Shown here piece after piece: positions 1-9,795 of a DNA stretch of 64,000 nucleotides. The DNA comes from an uncultured Alphaproteobacteria bacterium (GTDB taxonomy: Bacteria > Pseudomonadota > Alphaproteobacteria > Methylaequorales > Methylaequoraceae): NCBI GenBank assembly GCA_902617375.1, contig CACMWI010000001.1, positions 64,090 through 128,089 of the forward strand, read 5' to 3'. The position numbers were made by a program, and so were the translations under genes. The notes below the pieces were generated by a model, which saw only the letters and a list, made by a program, of their open reading frames with translations, did no database searches and was not told where the DNA came from. The stretch's first letter is position 1. Each line of letters opens with the position of its first letter.

Positions 1-1131
1 GTTCCATGATCTGAATGAAACTTTCACTCCCTTATAAGCTCCAAGACCAAATTTTTCTCCTAACAAGTATTTTCTTACATCTTTTACATCATTGCTACTT
101 GTTCTTGTAATAGCTTCTCCAATTGACCGAACTGCGGTCCATGCATGGTAATCCACTTCTGTCATCCATCGTCCACTTTCTCTTCTAAATCTGTTTTGCA
201 TTTGTGTTGCTCCCCATTGTTCGTGAGTTCTATGCCAAGACTTTGGAGTAAGTCCTTGCGTTCCAACAATGGGACGTGGATCCCAAGTTCTATATGTTAA
301 ATATTCACCAAATTCACCTTTTTCGTCTGCAACCACTAAAACATCATATTTTTCTCCTTTTGTAAAAATCGGTACTTCCTTACCCGCGGTACGTCTCAAA
401 TCTGCTGAAAAATCCCAAACTTTTTCTTTTTTAATTTTAATGTTAAATTTTTTAGCTGATTTTTTTAGAGCATCTGCATATTTTCTATCATTTTCATCTG
501 GTCCGGTAACTAAAAACCATTTATTCCATTTTTTTTTTACAAGGTATTGTGTTAAAGCATCTGACAGCATCGAGTAACTTGGTGGTACATGTAGTAGATT
601 TTTTTTACAATTCTCATTCCTTAAAGAATCTGCTTTCGATCTAACATTGAAAATGATAATTTCTTCTGAATTAAATGTCTCAAAAAGAGTTTTCAATTCC
701 TTTTCATTTAAATCAACAATAAAAAATTTATTTCCTTGGTTTAATAATTTTTGAAATTCACTTTTTAGATTTTCGTTAAGTAAGACTCTATGAAACTCTG
801 CTTTATAATCATGACCAACAAATCTTCCAGTTGTTAAGTTATCCTCAATTGCAAGCTTCACCCCGTAAAAACCCTCGTCATCGAGAATAGGATCAAGATT
901 TGAGAGCACTGGAGGAGTTTTTCTCTCCATACTTAAAAATATGAGTTTAGTTGCCAATGTTATTTCTTTTGAAAACTTTTTGTTTCCTCTTTTCTCTCTT
1001 TCTTTAAGTCTCTCTACATCAGCTTTTTTCCTCTCTTCAATTTGTTTAATGGAAAGTTCTCTAGCTTCCAATATAAAAAATCCAAAACAAAAATAAATTA
1101 AGAATATATATAAAAAATAAATTGATCTCAT
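1..1131 (-). CDS. Periplasmic substrate-binding protein (Leu/Ile/Val-binding-protein-like fold), partial; 3' end runs off the window
   Basis: The reverse-complement ORF starts at the ATG at 1131 with a signal-peptide-like N-terminus (MRSIYFLYIFLIYFCFGFFILEA). It stays open to position 1 and is absent from the ORF track only because its stop lies outside the window. Motifs such as FYGVKLAIEDNLTTGRFVGHDYKAEF resemble LivK-like/PQQ-system-associated SBPs. The + strand ORF at 269..577 is antisense to it. Confidence 0.45.
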   Translation of the reverse strand, partial: MRSIYFLYIFLIYFCFGFFILEARELSIKQIEERKKADVERLKEREKRGNKKFSKEITLATKLIFLSMERKTPPVLSNLDPILDDEGFYGVKLAIEDNLTTGRFVGHDYKAEFHRVLLNENLKSEFQKLLNQGNKFFIVDLNEKELKTLFETFNSEEIIIFNVRSKADSLRNENCKKNLLHVPPSYSMLSDALTQYLVKKKWNKWFLVTGPDENDRKYADALKKSAKKFNIKIKKEKVWDFSADLRRTAGKEVPIFTKGEKYDVLVVADEKGEFGEYLTYRTWDPRPIVGTQGLTPKSWHRTHEQWGATQMQNRFRRESGRWMTEVDYHAWTAVRSIGEAITRTSSNDVKDVRKYLLGEKFGLGAYKGVKVSFRSWN

Positions 1132-1181
1132 TATTTTCACTACTATAAATAAATTTTAAGAAATGTTAATCTAAAAATCAT

Positions 1182-2369
1182 ATGAAAAAAGATAATTCGA
1201 CAAAATTAGTTAGATCCGGTTTAAAAAGAACTGAGTTCATGGAGACTAGCGAGCCATTATTTTTAACGTCTGGCTTTGTTTACAATTCAGCTGAAGAAGC
1301 TGAAGATGCATTTAAAGAACGAAAAAAAAGATTCATGTATTCCAGGTTTGGGAATCCAACTGTACAGATGCTTCAAGATAAATTAGCAGACATTGAAGGT
1401 GCAGAGGTTTGTTGGTGTACTTCTACTGGTATGGCTGCAGTTTTTACAATTTTTATGTCATTCTTAAAAAAAGGTGACAGAGTTGTTGCAGGAAGAGCAC
1501 TTTTTGGAAGTTGTCATCACATTATTACAGAAATTCTTCCAAGGTTTGGAATTGAGGTTGAATTAATAGATGGAAAAGATCTTGATGCCTGGGAAAAAGC
1601 TTTAAAAAAAAAAACTTCATTAATTTTTTTCGAAACTCCTTCAAATCCATGTTTAGAAATTATCGACATTGAAGAAGTTTCTAAGTTGGCAAAAAAAAAA
1701 GGAGTTTTAGTTGTAGTTGACAATGTTTTTGCTACACCCTTATTACAAAAACCGCTTAAACATGGCGCAGATCTAGTTATGTATTCTGCAACCAAGCATA
1801 TCGATGGTCAGGGAAGAGTTTTAGGAGGAGCTATTCTAGGTACAAGGAGTCATTGTGATAAATTTATTAAACCCTTCATCAGAAATACTGGTCCATCCAT
1901 AAGTCCATTTAATGCCTGGGTATTACTAAAAGGTCTTGAGACGCTTGAAATTAGAATTAATCAACAAATCAAAAATACAAAGTTAGTTATCGATTATTTA
2001 GAAAGATCTAAATATATAAATAAAATTTATTATCCTTTTCTAAAGGATTCGCCTCAAATTAAATTAGCTATGAAACAAATGAAAGGCGGAGGGAACGTTG
2101 TTTCATTCGAAATTAATGCTAAAACCAATGAAAAAAAACAAAAATCATTTTCATTTTTAAATAAATTGTCTTTAATAGATATTTCTAATAATCTTGGAGA
2201 TACTAAATCCTTAATAACACATCCTGAAACAACAACTCACAATAGACTAAATGAAAAAGAAAAAAAAGAGCTCGGAATTACAAAAAACCTCATAAGACTT
2301 TCAGTAGGTCTTGAGGATCCAGAAGATATAATTGAAGATATTGATAAATCCTTAGAAAATTTAAAATAG
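1182..2369 (+). CDS. metZ: O-succinylhomoserine sulfhydrylase / cystathionine gamma-synthase family (Cys/Met-metabolism PLP enzyme)
   Basis: 395 aa. The N-terminal half (ETSEPLFLTSGFVYNSAEEAEDAF) is typical of MetZ, and the PLP-lysine region is present (YSATKHIDGQG). Confidence 0.85.
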   Translation: MKKDNSTKLVRSGLKRTEFMETSEPLFLTSGFVYNSAEEAEDAFKERKKRFMYSRFGNPTVQMLQDKLADIEGAEVCWCTSTGMAAVFTIFMSFLKKGDRVVAGRALFGSCHHIITEILPRFGIEVELIDGKDLDAWEKALKKKTSLIFFETPSNPCLEIIDIEEVSKLAKKKGVLVVVDNVFATPLLQKPLKHGADLVMYSATKHIDGQGRVLGGAILGTRSHCDKFIKPFIRNTGPSISPFNAWVLLKGLETLEIRINQQIKNTKLVIDYLERSKYINKIYYPFLKDSPQIKLAMKQMKGGGNVVSFEINAKTNEKKQKSFSFLNKLSLIDISNNLGDTKSLITHPETTTHNRLNEKEKKELGITKNLIRLSVGLEDPEDIIEDIDKSLENLK

Positions 2370-2377
2370 TAATCGAA

Positions 2378-2764
2378 ATGATAAAAAAATATAACGTTAA
2401 AGTTTTTGTTGAATCTACATATCTTGAAGACCACTCAGATCCGTACGAAGATTCATACTTGTGGTCATATAAGGTTATAATAAAAAACAATGAAAAGGAA
2501 AAAATCAAATTGATAAGCAGACACTGGAAAATATTCGACTCCAACGGAAATTTTAGAGAAGTAAAAGGAAAAGGAGTTGTAGGTGAACAGCCAACAATAG
2601 AGCCAGGGGATAAATTTGAATATACAAGTGGAACACCTTTAAAAACAAGTTCTGGCATAATGCACGGAAGTTATCTGATGCTAAGTTTCGATGGAGAAGA
2701 GTTTAAGGTTGATATCCCAGCTTTCTCTCTGGATATTCCAAATCAAGGGAATAACTTAAATTAA
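2378..2764 (+). CDS. apaG: ApaG (DUF525) protein
   Basis: 128 aa with an ApaG-like fold signature (VESTYLEDHSDPYEDSYLWSYKVIIKNN...GEQPTIEPGDKFEYTSG). Confidence 0.8.
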   Translation: MIKKYNVKVFVESTYLEDHSDPYEDSYLWSYKVIIKNNEKEKIKLISRHWKIFDSNGNFREVKGKGVVGEQPTIEPGDKFEYTSGTPLKTSSGIMHGSYLMLSFDGEEFKVDIPAFSLDIPNQGNNLN

Positions 2765-2767
2765 GAA

Positions 2768-4216
2768 ATGGAAAATTTAAAATCCTCCCTGTTTGTAATC
2801 GGAAACTTATTAGTTTTTTTTTCGATTTATTCTTTCATACCAGGAGTCATAGATTACTTCTACCAAGGAACTGATTGGGTTGTTTTTTTTGTAATTTCTA
2901 TTGTTTGCTTATTTACTGGTCTAAATGTTTCATTTATTTTTAAGAGAAAAGATAAGGACGTAGAGGTTTTGTCGGCTTTCCTTCTTACTCTGATTTCGTG
3001 GGTACTTCTTACATTTATTGGAGCATTACCTTTCTATCTTGGAACAACAAGTCTGACATTAATCGATGCATTTTTTGAATCAATGTCTGGATTAACTACT
3101 ACTGGAGCAACCGTTATTCAAAATCTTGATTCAACATCGAAGTCAATTTTAATTTGGAGAGCAATGCTTCAATGGCTGGGTGGTATAGGTATAATTGTGA
3201 TTGCAATTGCAATTTTTCCAATTTTAAAGATTGGTGGCATGCAGTTATTTCAAAGTGAATTTAGCTCAAAAGAAGAAAAAGTTCTTCCTAGAACCACAAA
3301 AATTGCTACAGGAATTGGATTCGTTTATTTCTTTCTAACTCTTATTTGCAGCTTTTCATTATTTATAACTGGAATGCCAGGTTTTGATAGTTTAGCTCAT
3401 GGTATGACAATAATTGCGACAGGTGGTTTTTCAACAAAAGATATGTCAATTGGTTTCTTTGATTCAGTTTACATCGAAGTTGTTACAATTTTTTTCATGA
3501 TTTTATCTTCCTTACCTTTCATTCTATTATTTCAGTCTATTAGAGGAAAGTTAATGGACCTTGTAGCAAGTTCTCAAGTTCGATTTTTTTTAATTTTAAT
3601 TTTAAGTGTCACAATATTAGTGGCTTTCTGGTTGAAGCGGTACTATGAAGTAGATTTTTTTCAATCTTTGAGAATTTCAGCATTTGCAGTAACTTCAATA
3701 TCGACAGGAAGTGGTTTTAGTACATATGATTTCAGTGTTTGGGGATCATTTACCACTCTTCTTTTTCTTTTTCTAATGCTTATAGGTGGTTGTTCAGGTT
3801 CATCAAGTTGCGGTCTTAAGATTTTTAGAATTCAAATATTAATTAAATCCTCATTAAATTTAATTAAAAAAATAATCCAACCCAGAGGTGTTTTTATACC
3901 TACATATAATTCCAGAGAAATTAGTGAAGACATTCTTACTTCTGTTACTGGTTATTTTTTTTTGTATATTTTTATTTTTGCAACTCTTAGCCTAGTTTTA
4001 GCGTTTGACGGACAAGAAATTCTTACCTCCTTATCTGGTGCTGCGGCTACGTTAGCTAATGTTGGTCCTGGTTTAAATGAAATAATTGGACCAAGTGGTA
4101 ATTATTCCTCTATTTCAGATTTTACAAAACTGTTTTTAAGTTTAGGTATGCTTATTGGAAGATTAGAACTTTTTCCGATTTTAATACTTTTATCACCACA
4201 GCTTTGGAAAAAATAG
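2768..4216 (+). CDS. trkH: TrkH-family potassium uptake protein
   Basis: 482 aa polytopic membrane protein. It has the repeated MSGLTTTGATV/ATGGFST pore-loop motifs typical of TrkH/KtrB. Confidence 0.85.
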   Translation: MENLKSSLFVIGNLLVFFSIYSFIPGVIDYFYQGTDWVVFFVISIVCLFTGLNVSFIFKRKDKDVEVLSAFLLTLISWVLLTFIGALPFYLGTTSLTLIDAFFESMSGLTTTGATVIQNLDSTSKSILIWRAMLQWLGGIGIIVIAIAIFPILKIGGMQLFQSEFSSKEEKVLPRTTKIATGIGFVYFFLTLICSFSLFITGMPGFDSLAHGMTIIATGGFSTKDMSIGFFDSVYIEVVTIFFMILSSLPFILLFQSIRGKLMDLVASSQVRFFLILILSVTILVAFWLKRYYEVDFFQSLRISAFAVTSISTGSGFSTYDFSVWGSFTTLLFLFLMLIGGCSGSSSCGLKIFRIQILIKSSLNLIKKIIQPRGVFIPTYNSREISEDILTSVTGYFFLYIFIFATLSLVLAFDGQEILTSLSGAAATLANVGPGLNEIIGPSGNYSSISDFTKLFLSLGMLIGRLELFPILILLSPQLWKK

Positions 4217-4217
4217 T

Positions 4218-5123
4218 TTATATTTTTTTTAAACACCACAAAAGTATTGATTGGTGAGCATATAACCTATTTTCAGCTTCTGCCCAAACTAATGAATTTT
4301 CACCATCAATAATCTCATCAGTAACCTCACATCCTCTATGAGCTGGAAGACAATGCAAAAAATAAGTTTTTCTTCCGGTTTTCTGAAGCAAATCTCTGTT
4401 AATTTGAAATTTTTCAAAATTTTTTAATCTTTTTGGATTGCTTTTCATACCCATGGACACCCAAGTATCTGTAATTATTACATCAGCATCAAGTGCAGCT
4501 TCAAGTGGATTTTTGAAAAGTTCAACTTTTCCTGAATTAAGGCTCTTTAAAATTTTATTTGCAGGAAAATTTCCAGGTGGGCATGAAATTTTTAAGTTGA
4601 AATCAAAGTGTTTAGAAGCATGTATCCAAGAATTACAAACATTATTTCCATCTCCAATCCAGCTTAAATTCAAGTTATTGAGAGACCTAAATTTTTCTTG
4701 TAGTGTCATTATGTCAGCAATTATTTGACATGGATGGCTTATATCAGTTAATCCGTTTATTATCGGTACAGTAGAAATTTCTGAAAGCTTGTAAAGTTTT
4801 GACTCGTCTGAGCCTCTATATGCTATTATATCAACATAACTTGATAAAACTTTCATTGTATCCTCTAGAGATTCACCTCTACCAAGCTGGGAGTCAGAGT
4901 GATCCAAAGTAACAACATCTCCATTTAAGAGTTTCATGCCTACATCAAACGATATTTTGGTTCTTGTGGATGGTTTTTCAAAAATAATCGCTAAGATTTT
5001 TTTTTCTTTAAATTGTTTTGTTTTATAATTTTTTTTTAATCTGTGACTATACTTTAAAATTAAATCAATATCCTTTTTACCAATTTCATGAAGATTTAAG
5101 AAATGTCTAAATGATTTTTTCAT
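4218..5123 (-). CDS. argF: Ornithine carbamoyltransferase
   Basis: 301 aa. It carries the STRTKISF carbamoyl-phosphate motif, the HCLPAHRGCEV motif and the OTC-typical C-terminus LVWAEAENRLYAHQSILLW. Confidence 0.9.
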   Translation of the reverse strand: MKKSFRHFLNLHEIGKKDIDLILKYSHRLKKNYKTKQFKEKKILAIIFEKPSTRTKISFDVGMKLLNGDVVTLDHSDSQLGRGESLEDTMKVLSSYVDIIAYRGSDESKLYKLSEISTVPIINGLTDISHPCQIIADIMTLQEKFRSLNNLNLSWIGDGNNVCNSWIHASKHFDFNLKISCPPGNFPANKILKSLNSGKVELFKNPLEAALDADVIITDTWVSMGMKSNPKRLKNFEKFQINRDLLQKTGRKTYFLHCLPAHRGCEVTDEIIDGENSLVWAEAENRLYAHQSILLWCLKKI

Positions 5124-5124
5124 A

Positions 5125-6288
5125 TTATAAGTTTGAAAATGCTTTATCTATTTTTTCAATTGCCTCTTCTACATGTTTCATTTCTAAAATCAAAGGAGGT
5201 AACATTCTTATCACATTCTGTCCCGCCTTTACAGTAAGAAGTTTTTCGTTAATTAAAGACTTTATTAGAATTTCATTATTTTCAATTGCCTCTAAACCAA
5301 CCATTAATCCTATTCCTCTAACACCAGAAACTAATTTTGGAAATTTAGTTAATATATTTTCCTTAAGGAGTTTTCTCAAATTAAAACCGATTTCTCTAAC
5401 ATGATCTAAAAATTCTTCATTTAATACAAAATTTAAAACTTCTTGAGCAACTGCCATTGCAAGAGGGTTTCCGCCAAATGTTGATCCATGAGAACCCAAG
5501 TCCATTGATTTAGAAGTTTTTTTATCCAATAATAATGCCCCAATAGGAAAACCTCCACCTATTCCTTTGGCGACAGCTACTATATTTGGTTTTAACTCCT
5601 TGACCCATTCTGTTGCTAAAAATTTCCCCGTTCTTCCTACACCGCACTGAACCTCATCAAAAAATAAGAGAAGATTATTGTCATTGGCTATTTTTTGAAT
5701 ATCCCTTAAATATTCTTTTTTTGCAGGAGTTATTCCACCCTCACCTTGAACTGTTTCAATCATTATCGCAGCTGTTTCTTTATCTACACTCCTTGAGACT
5801 GCCCTACTGTCATTGAATTCAACTTGTTTAAATCCATTTAATACTGGTTCAAATCCCTCTGTTAATTTTGATTTTCCACTAGCGGATATGGCCGCGTAGG
5901 TTCTTCCATGGAAAGAATTTTTTGCGCAAATAATTTTGAATCTTTTTTCATTTACAGCATTAAAATATTTTCTTATAACTTTAATACCAGCTTCGACTGC
6001 CTCAGTTCCCGAATTACAAAAAAACACCGATTCAGCAAACGAATTTTTTGTAATTTTATCAGCAACGATTTGTTGATTTTCAATTCTAAAAAGATTTGAA
6101 CAATGCCATATTTTTTCAGCTTGAGATTTTAGTGCTGATATAAGAGACGGATGACTATGACCAAGACTGGTAACACCAATGCCGCTCGTAAAATCTAAAT
6201 ATCTTGTTCCTTTTTTGCAATAGAGATACACCCCGTCTCCATGATCGATCTCGATATTTAGAGGATTATATACTTTTAAAATACTCAT
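5125..6288 (-). CDS. argD: Acetylornithine aminotransferase (class III PLP aminotransferase)
   Basis: 387 aa. The PLP-lysine context is present (DEVQCGVGRTGKFLA), and it sits adjacent to argF. Confidence 0.85.
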   Translation of the reverse strand: MSILKVYNPLNIEIDHGDGVYLYCKKGTRYLDFTSGIGVTSLGHSHPSLISALKSQAEKIWHCSNLFRIENQQIVADKITKNSFAESVFFCNSGTEAVEAGIKVIRKYFNAVNEKRFKIICAKNSFHGRTYAAISASGKSKLTEGFEPVLNGFKQVEFNDSRAVSRSVDKETAAIMIETVQGEGGITPAKKEYLRDIQKIANDNNLLLFFDEVQCGVGRTGKFLATEWVKELKPNIVAVAKGIGGGFPIGALLLDKKTSKSMDLGSHGSTFGGNPLAMAVAQEVLNFVLNEEFLDHVREIGFNLRKLLKENILTKFPKLVSGVRGIGLMVGLEAIENNEILIKSLINEKLLTVKAGQNVIRMLPPLILEMKHVEEAIEKIDKAFSNL

Positions 6289-7073
6289 GATCTTAAGCCA
6301 TACCCTCTTTTAAAAACATATATTGTAAAAATTAATAGGAATAAATTGCAAAACAATAATATTAAAAATCCTATGATTAGGTTGCTATCGCTATAACCTA
6401 AAAAACCAAACCTAAATCCATCAATCATGTAAAAAAATGGATTCCAACTGGCTAAAAAATGCCAAAATTCAGGTAATCTATCTATTGTGTAAAAAGTACC
6501 TGAAAGAAATGTTAGTGGCAAAATAATAAAATTTGTAACTGATGCCATATGATCAAATTTTTTAGCCCAGATTCCGCACAAAATTCCTAACAATGATAAT
6601 AATAAAGACGAAAAAAAACCAAAAATAAATATTATAAAAAAGTTATAAATTTGTATTGAAACAAAAGGATAGATTAATGCAGCGACAGAAAAACCTACAA
6701 GTAAACCTCTAGTAACTCCCCCTAGGCAGTACGAAAATGTTAATTCTAACTCTGACATTGGGGGCATTAACACATCTACAATATTACCTTGCACTTTTGA
6801 TATTAATATTGAAGAAGATGTATTTGCAAATGCGTTTTGCATGATTGACATACAAATAAGACCAGGGGCCAGAAATTGAGAGTAAGAATGACTTCCAGAA
6901 ACTAAAAAATCTCTATCCATTGATAGCGTGAATATTACATAAAATAGGATAGTAGTCACTGCTGGGGCTAAAATTGTTTGAGCGAAAACATTAAAAAATC
7001 TTTTTACTTCTTTTTTATATAGTGTAAAAAAACCAATCCAATTAAATCCTTTAAAACTTTTTATATTATACAT
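6285..7073 (-). CDS. ABC-2 type transporter permease
   Basis: 262 aa six-TM protein of the YadH-like ABC-2 permease type. It overlaps the argD start by 4 nt. Confidence 0.7.
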   Translation of the reverse strand: MYNIKSFKGFNWIGFFTLYKKEVKRFFNVFAQTILAPAVTTILFYVIFTLSMDRDFLVSGSHSYSQFLAPGLICMSIMQNAFANTSSSILISKVQGNIVDVLMPPMSELELTFSYCLGGVTRGLLVGFSVAALIYPFVSIQIYNFFIIFIFGFFSSLLLSLLGILCGIWAKKFDHMASVTNFIILPLTFLSGTFYTIDRLPEFWHFLASWNPFFYMIDGFRFGFLGYSDSNLIIGFLILLFCNLFLLIFTIYVFKRGYGLRS

Positions 7074-7116
7074 AATTCACAAATGTTTAATTTAATAATA
7101 ATATCAAATATAAACA

Positions 7117-7629
7117 ATGATATCTGACTATTTAAAAAAGTATTCAACCTATTATCTATCAAGGTATAACGTTACTAAAAGAAAATTTGAGGATATATTA
7201 AAAAAAAAAATCACCAAGGATTATTTAGAAAAAAAGATCTCTGAATCAGATCATCACGAGTTAATTCAAGAAATTTCTAATGTGTTAAAATATTTCGAAG
7301 AAATTGGTTTTTTCAACGAGGAGCGAATGTTAGAAATTTCATTCGATAGCTTTGTTAAAAAAGGATACTCCAAAAAAAAAATCAAATACAAATTTCTTTC
7401 TGCAAAATTTGACAGAGATAAAGCTAATTTATTTTTAAAAAAAAAATTCATGGACGAGAAACTTAATCAAACACTTTTAATAAATTATTTAAATAAATCT
7501 AATATTGTAGAAAAACAAAAAAAATTAAATATTTCAGATAAACAACTTTTTGATAAAATATTGTCTAAACTATCTCAACAAGGTTTTGAATATGAAGATT
7601 CTATTAATATTCTCAACAAAATAATGTAA
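7117..7629 (+). CDS. recX: RecX-like regulatory protein
   Basis: 170 aa, Lys-rich, built from repeated three-helix modules. The segment NEERMLEISFDSFVKKGYSKKKIKYKFL matches the RecX repeat (DERFAE.F...R..KGYG...I..EL). Confidence 0.55.
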   Translation: MISDYLKKYSTYYLSRYNVTKRKFEDILKKKITKDYLEKKISESDHHELIQEISNVLKYFEEIGFFNEERMLEISFDSFVKKGYSKKKIKYKFLSAKFDRDKANLFLKKKFMDEKLNQTLLINYLNKSNIVEKQKKLNISDKQLFDKILSKLSQQGFEYEDSINILNKIM

Positions 7630-7630
7630 A

Positions 7631-8722
7631 ATGGAAATTTTAAACAACATTTTAGAAAAAATTAGTTTAATTAAGGATGTTTCATTTTTGGGCTTCCTTC
7701 TTACAAATATATTAACATGTATAGCTGTTTTTGGTTTTTTCATCATATCAAGGCATCTAATTAAAAAATTAATAATTAAAAAAATTTCACTAATTCTTAG
7801 CTTTTCCGAAACAAAAATCAAAGAAGCATTTTTAGTATCCATTGAAAAGCCTGTTGAATTCTTTGTTGTCTCAGTGGGAGTCTTTGCGTCTTCAAGTTTA
7901 TTAACTGCGTCTCAGAAAGTTAATTTTTTTTTTCAAAATATTAACTTATCCCTGTTTACTATATCAATATTTTGGTTAATTAGTAAAACTATAGAACCTT
8001 TAAGCCGTAAAATAAAAAATCTTAAGACAATATTAACTAAGGACTTGTTAGATTGGTTAATAAGTGCTGTTAAAATAATAATTTTTATTCTTGGATTTTC
8101 TGCTGTTCTTGAGGTGTGGGGAGTAAAAGTTGGACCTATCATTGCAGGTTTAGGTTTATTTGGAGTAGCGGTAGCATTGGGGGCACAAGACCTTTTTAAA
8201 AATTTGATTTCAGGTGTATTAGTATTAGTTGAAAAAAGGTTTAAGAAAGGCGATGTTATTATGATTGAAAGCATTATTGAAGGGAGTGTTGAAAGAATTG
8301 GTTTTAGATCAACTGCAATTCGAAAGTTTGATAAATCTTTATGCTTCATTCCAAATTACCAATTTGCTGAAAATGCTGTTGTTAATATTACCGAAATATC
8401 AAATAGAAGAATTAATTGGATAATTGGTGTAGAATATAAAACCACGATTCTTCAACTTAAAAACATTTGTTCTGATATCGAAAATTCGATCCGCGATAAC
8501 AAGAAGGAATTCATTGTTTCAGAATCAACTCCCGTTATTGTAAAAATCAGTGAGTTTGCTCCGAGCTCTATCGACATATTAGTTAGATGTTTTACCAAAA
8601 CCAATGATTATAATAAATTTATTAAAGCCAAGGATGGACTTGCAGTTGAAATAAAAAAGATTATAGAGAAAAGAAAGTGTTCATTTGCCTTTCCATCCCA
8701 GTCTCTATATATAGAAAAATAA
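7631..8722 (+). CDS. Mechanosensitive ion channel, MscS family
   Basis: 363 aa. TM helices are followed by the MscS beta-domain motif (GAQDLFKNLISGVLVLVEKRFKKGDVI...GSVERIGFRSTAIR). Confidence 0.85.
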   Translation: MEILNNILEKISLIKDVSFLGFLLTNILTCIAVFGFFIISRHLIKKLIIKKISLILSFSETKIKEAFLVSIEKPVEFFVVSVGVFASSSLLTASQKVNFFFQNINLSLFTISIFWLISKTIEPLSRKIKNLKTILTKDLLDWLISAVKIIIFILGFSAVLEVWGVKVGPIIAGLGLFGVAVALGAQDLFKNLISGVLVLVEKRFKKGDVIMIESIIEGSVERIGFRSTAIRKFDKSLCFIPNYQFAENAVVNITEISNRRINWIIGVEYKTTILQLKNICSDIENSIRDNKKEFIVSESTPVIVKISEFAPSSIDILVRCFTKTNDYNKFIKAKDGLAVEIKKIIEKRKCSFAFPSQSLYIEK

Positions 8723-8727
8723 AAAAA

Positions 8728-9762
8728 TTAACTAAAGCTCTTAAGTTTTTTGTCGAAAGTTGACCAAACACCCTCTTTTCCATCCCAATTTCCAGATGTT
8801 GCAACTTTAGAATACTCAGTGGCTCTTGCCTCAAAAAAATTAGCATGTTCAACGCCATTTAGTATTTCTGTTAGCCAGGGCAAAGGGTGTTCTTTTATAC
8901 CAAACATTGGTTCTAAACTAAGTTGTTTAAGTCTCCAGTCGGCTATGTATCTGATATAGCTTTTGATATCGGTTGGCTCCATTCCTTCAACTGGTCCCAT
9001 TTCAAAGGCTAAATCAATAAAATTGTCTTCTAGTTCTACTACTTTTTCACAACATTCATTTATTTCGTTTTTCAATTTTTTGGTCATGCATTTTGTTTCT
9101 TTCACAAATTCATGGAAAAGTTTCACCATTCCTTCGCAGTGAAGAGATTCATCTCTAACAGACCATGTAACGATTTGTCCCATCCCTCTCATTTTATTGT
9201 GTCTTGGAAAATTTAGAAGCATTGCAAAACTTGCAAAAAGTTGCAATCCTTCAGTAAATCCTCCAAACATTGCAACTGTTTTTGCAATTTCGTGATTTGA
9301 ATCAATGGTAAACTGCTGCATGTAATCATGCTTATCTGCCATCTCTTTATATTTTAAGAATGCAGAAAATTCGGTATCTGGCATTCCGATTGTTTCCAAC
9401 AAAAGTGCATATGCTGCAATATGAACAGTTTCAATGTTTGAAAAAGCAGACATCATCATCTTTACTTCTGTAGGTTTAAATACTTGAGAATATCTCTCCA
9501 TGTAATTGTCATTTACTTCAACATCAGATTGGGTAAAAAATCTGAAAATTTGAGTTAATAGATTTCTTTCATTATCATTTAATTTAATAACCCAGTCTTT
9601 ACAGTCTTCACCTAAAGGAACTTCTTCCGGCATCCAGTGAACTTGTTGTTGTCTTTTCCAGAAATCAAAAGCCCAAGGGTACCTAAAAGGCTTATAAGAG
9701 TGAGATGAGGTCAAAAGACCTGGTTTTTTATTTTCAATTAAATCATTTTTGTTTCCGTCCAT
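8728..9762 (-). CDS. nrdB: Ribonucleoside-diphosphate reductase beta subunit
   Basis: 344 aa. It has ferritin-like di-iron ligand motifs (EEVPL...E..H..AYALLLE) and lies next to nrdA. Confidence 0.9.
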   Translation of the reverse strand: MDGNKNDLIENKKPGLLTSSHSYKPFRYPWAFDFWKRQQQVHWMPEEVPLGEDCKDWVIKLNDNERNLLTQIFRFFTQSDVEVNDNYMERYSQVFKPTEVKMMMSAFSNIETVHIAAYALLLETIGMPDTEFSAFLKYKEMADKHDYMQQFTIDSNHEIAKTVAMFGGFTEGLQLFASFAMLLNFPRHNKMRGMGQIVTWSVRDESLHCEGMVKLFHEFVKETKCMTKKLKNEINECCEKVVELEDNFIDLAFEMGPVEGMEPTDIKSYIRYIADWRLKQLSLEPMFGIKEHPLPWLTEILNGVEHANFFEARATEYSKVATSGNWDGKEGVWSTFDKKLKSFS

Positions 9763-9795
9763 TTGTTCTCCTTATTTATTTTTAAATTATTAGCA

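Noticed and set aside
269-577. 102-aa + strand ORF listed in the track
   Set aside because: It lies entirely antisense to a much longer, signal-peptide-bearing - strand ORF (1..1131) that runs off the window. It has low-complexity composition and no motif, so it is spurious.
1132-1181. Possible SAM/Met riboswitch upstream of metZ
   Set aside because: The intergenic region is only ~50 nt of plain AT-rich sequence, too short and unstructured for any known SAM riboswitch class.
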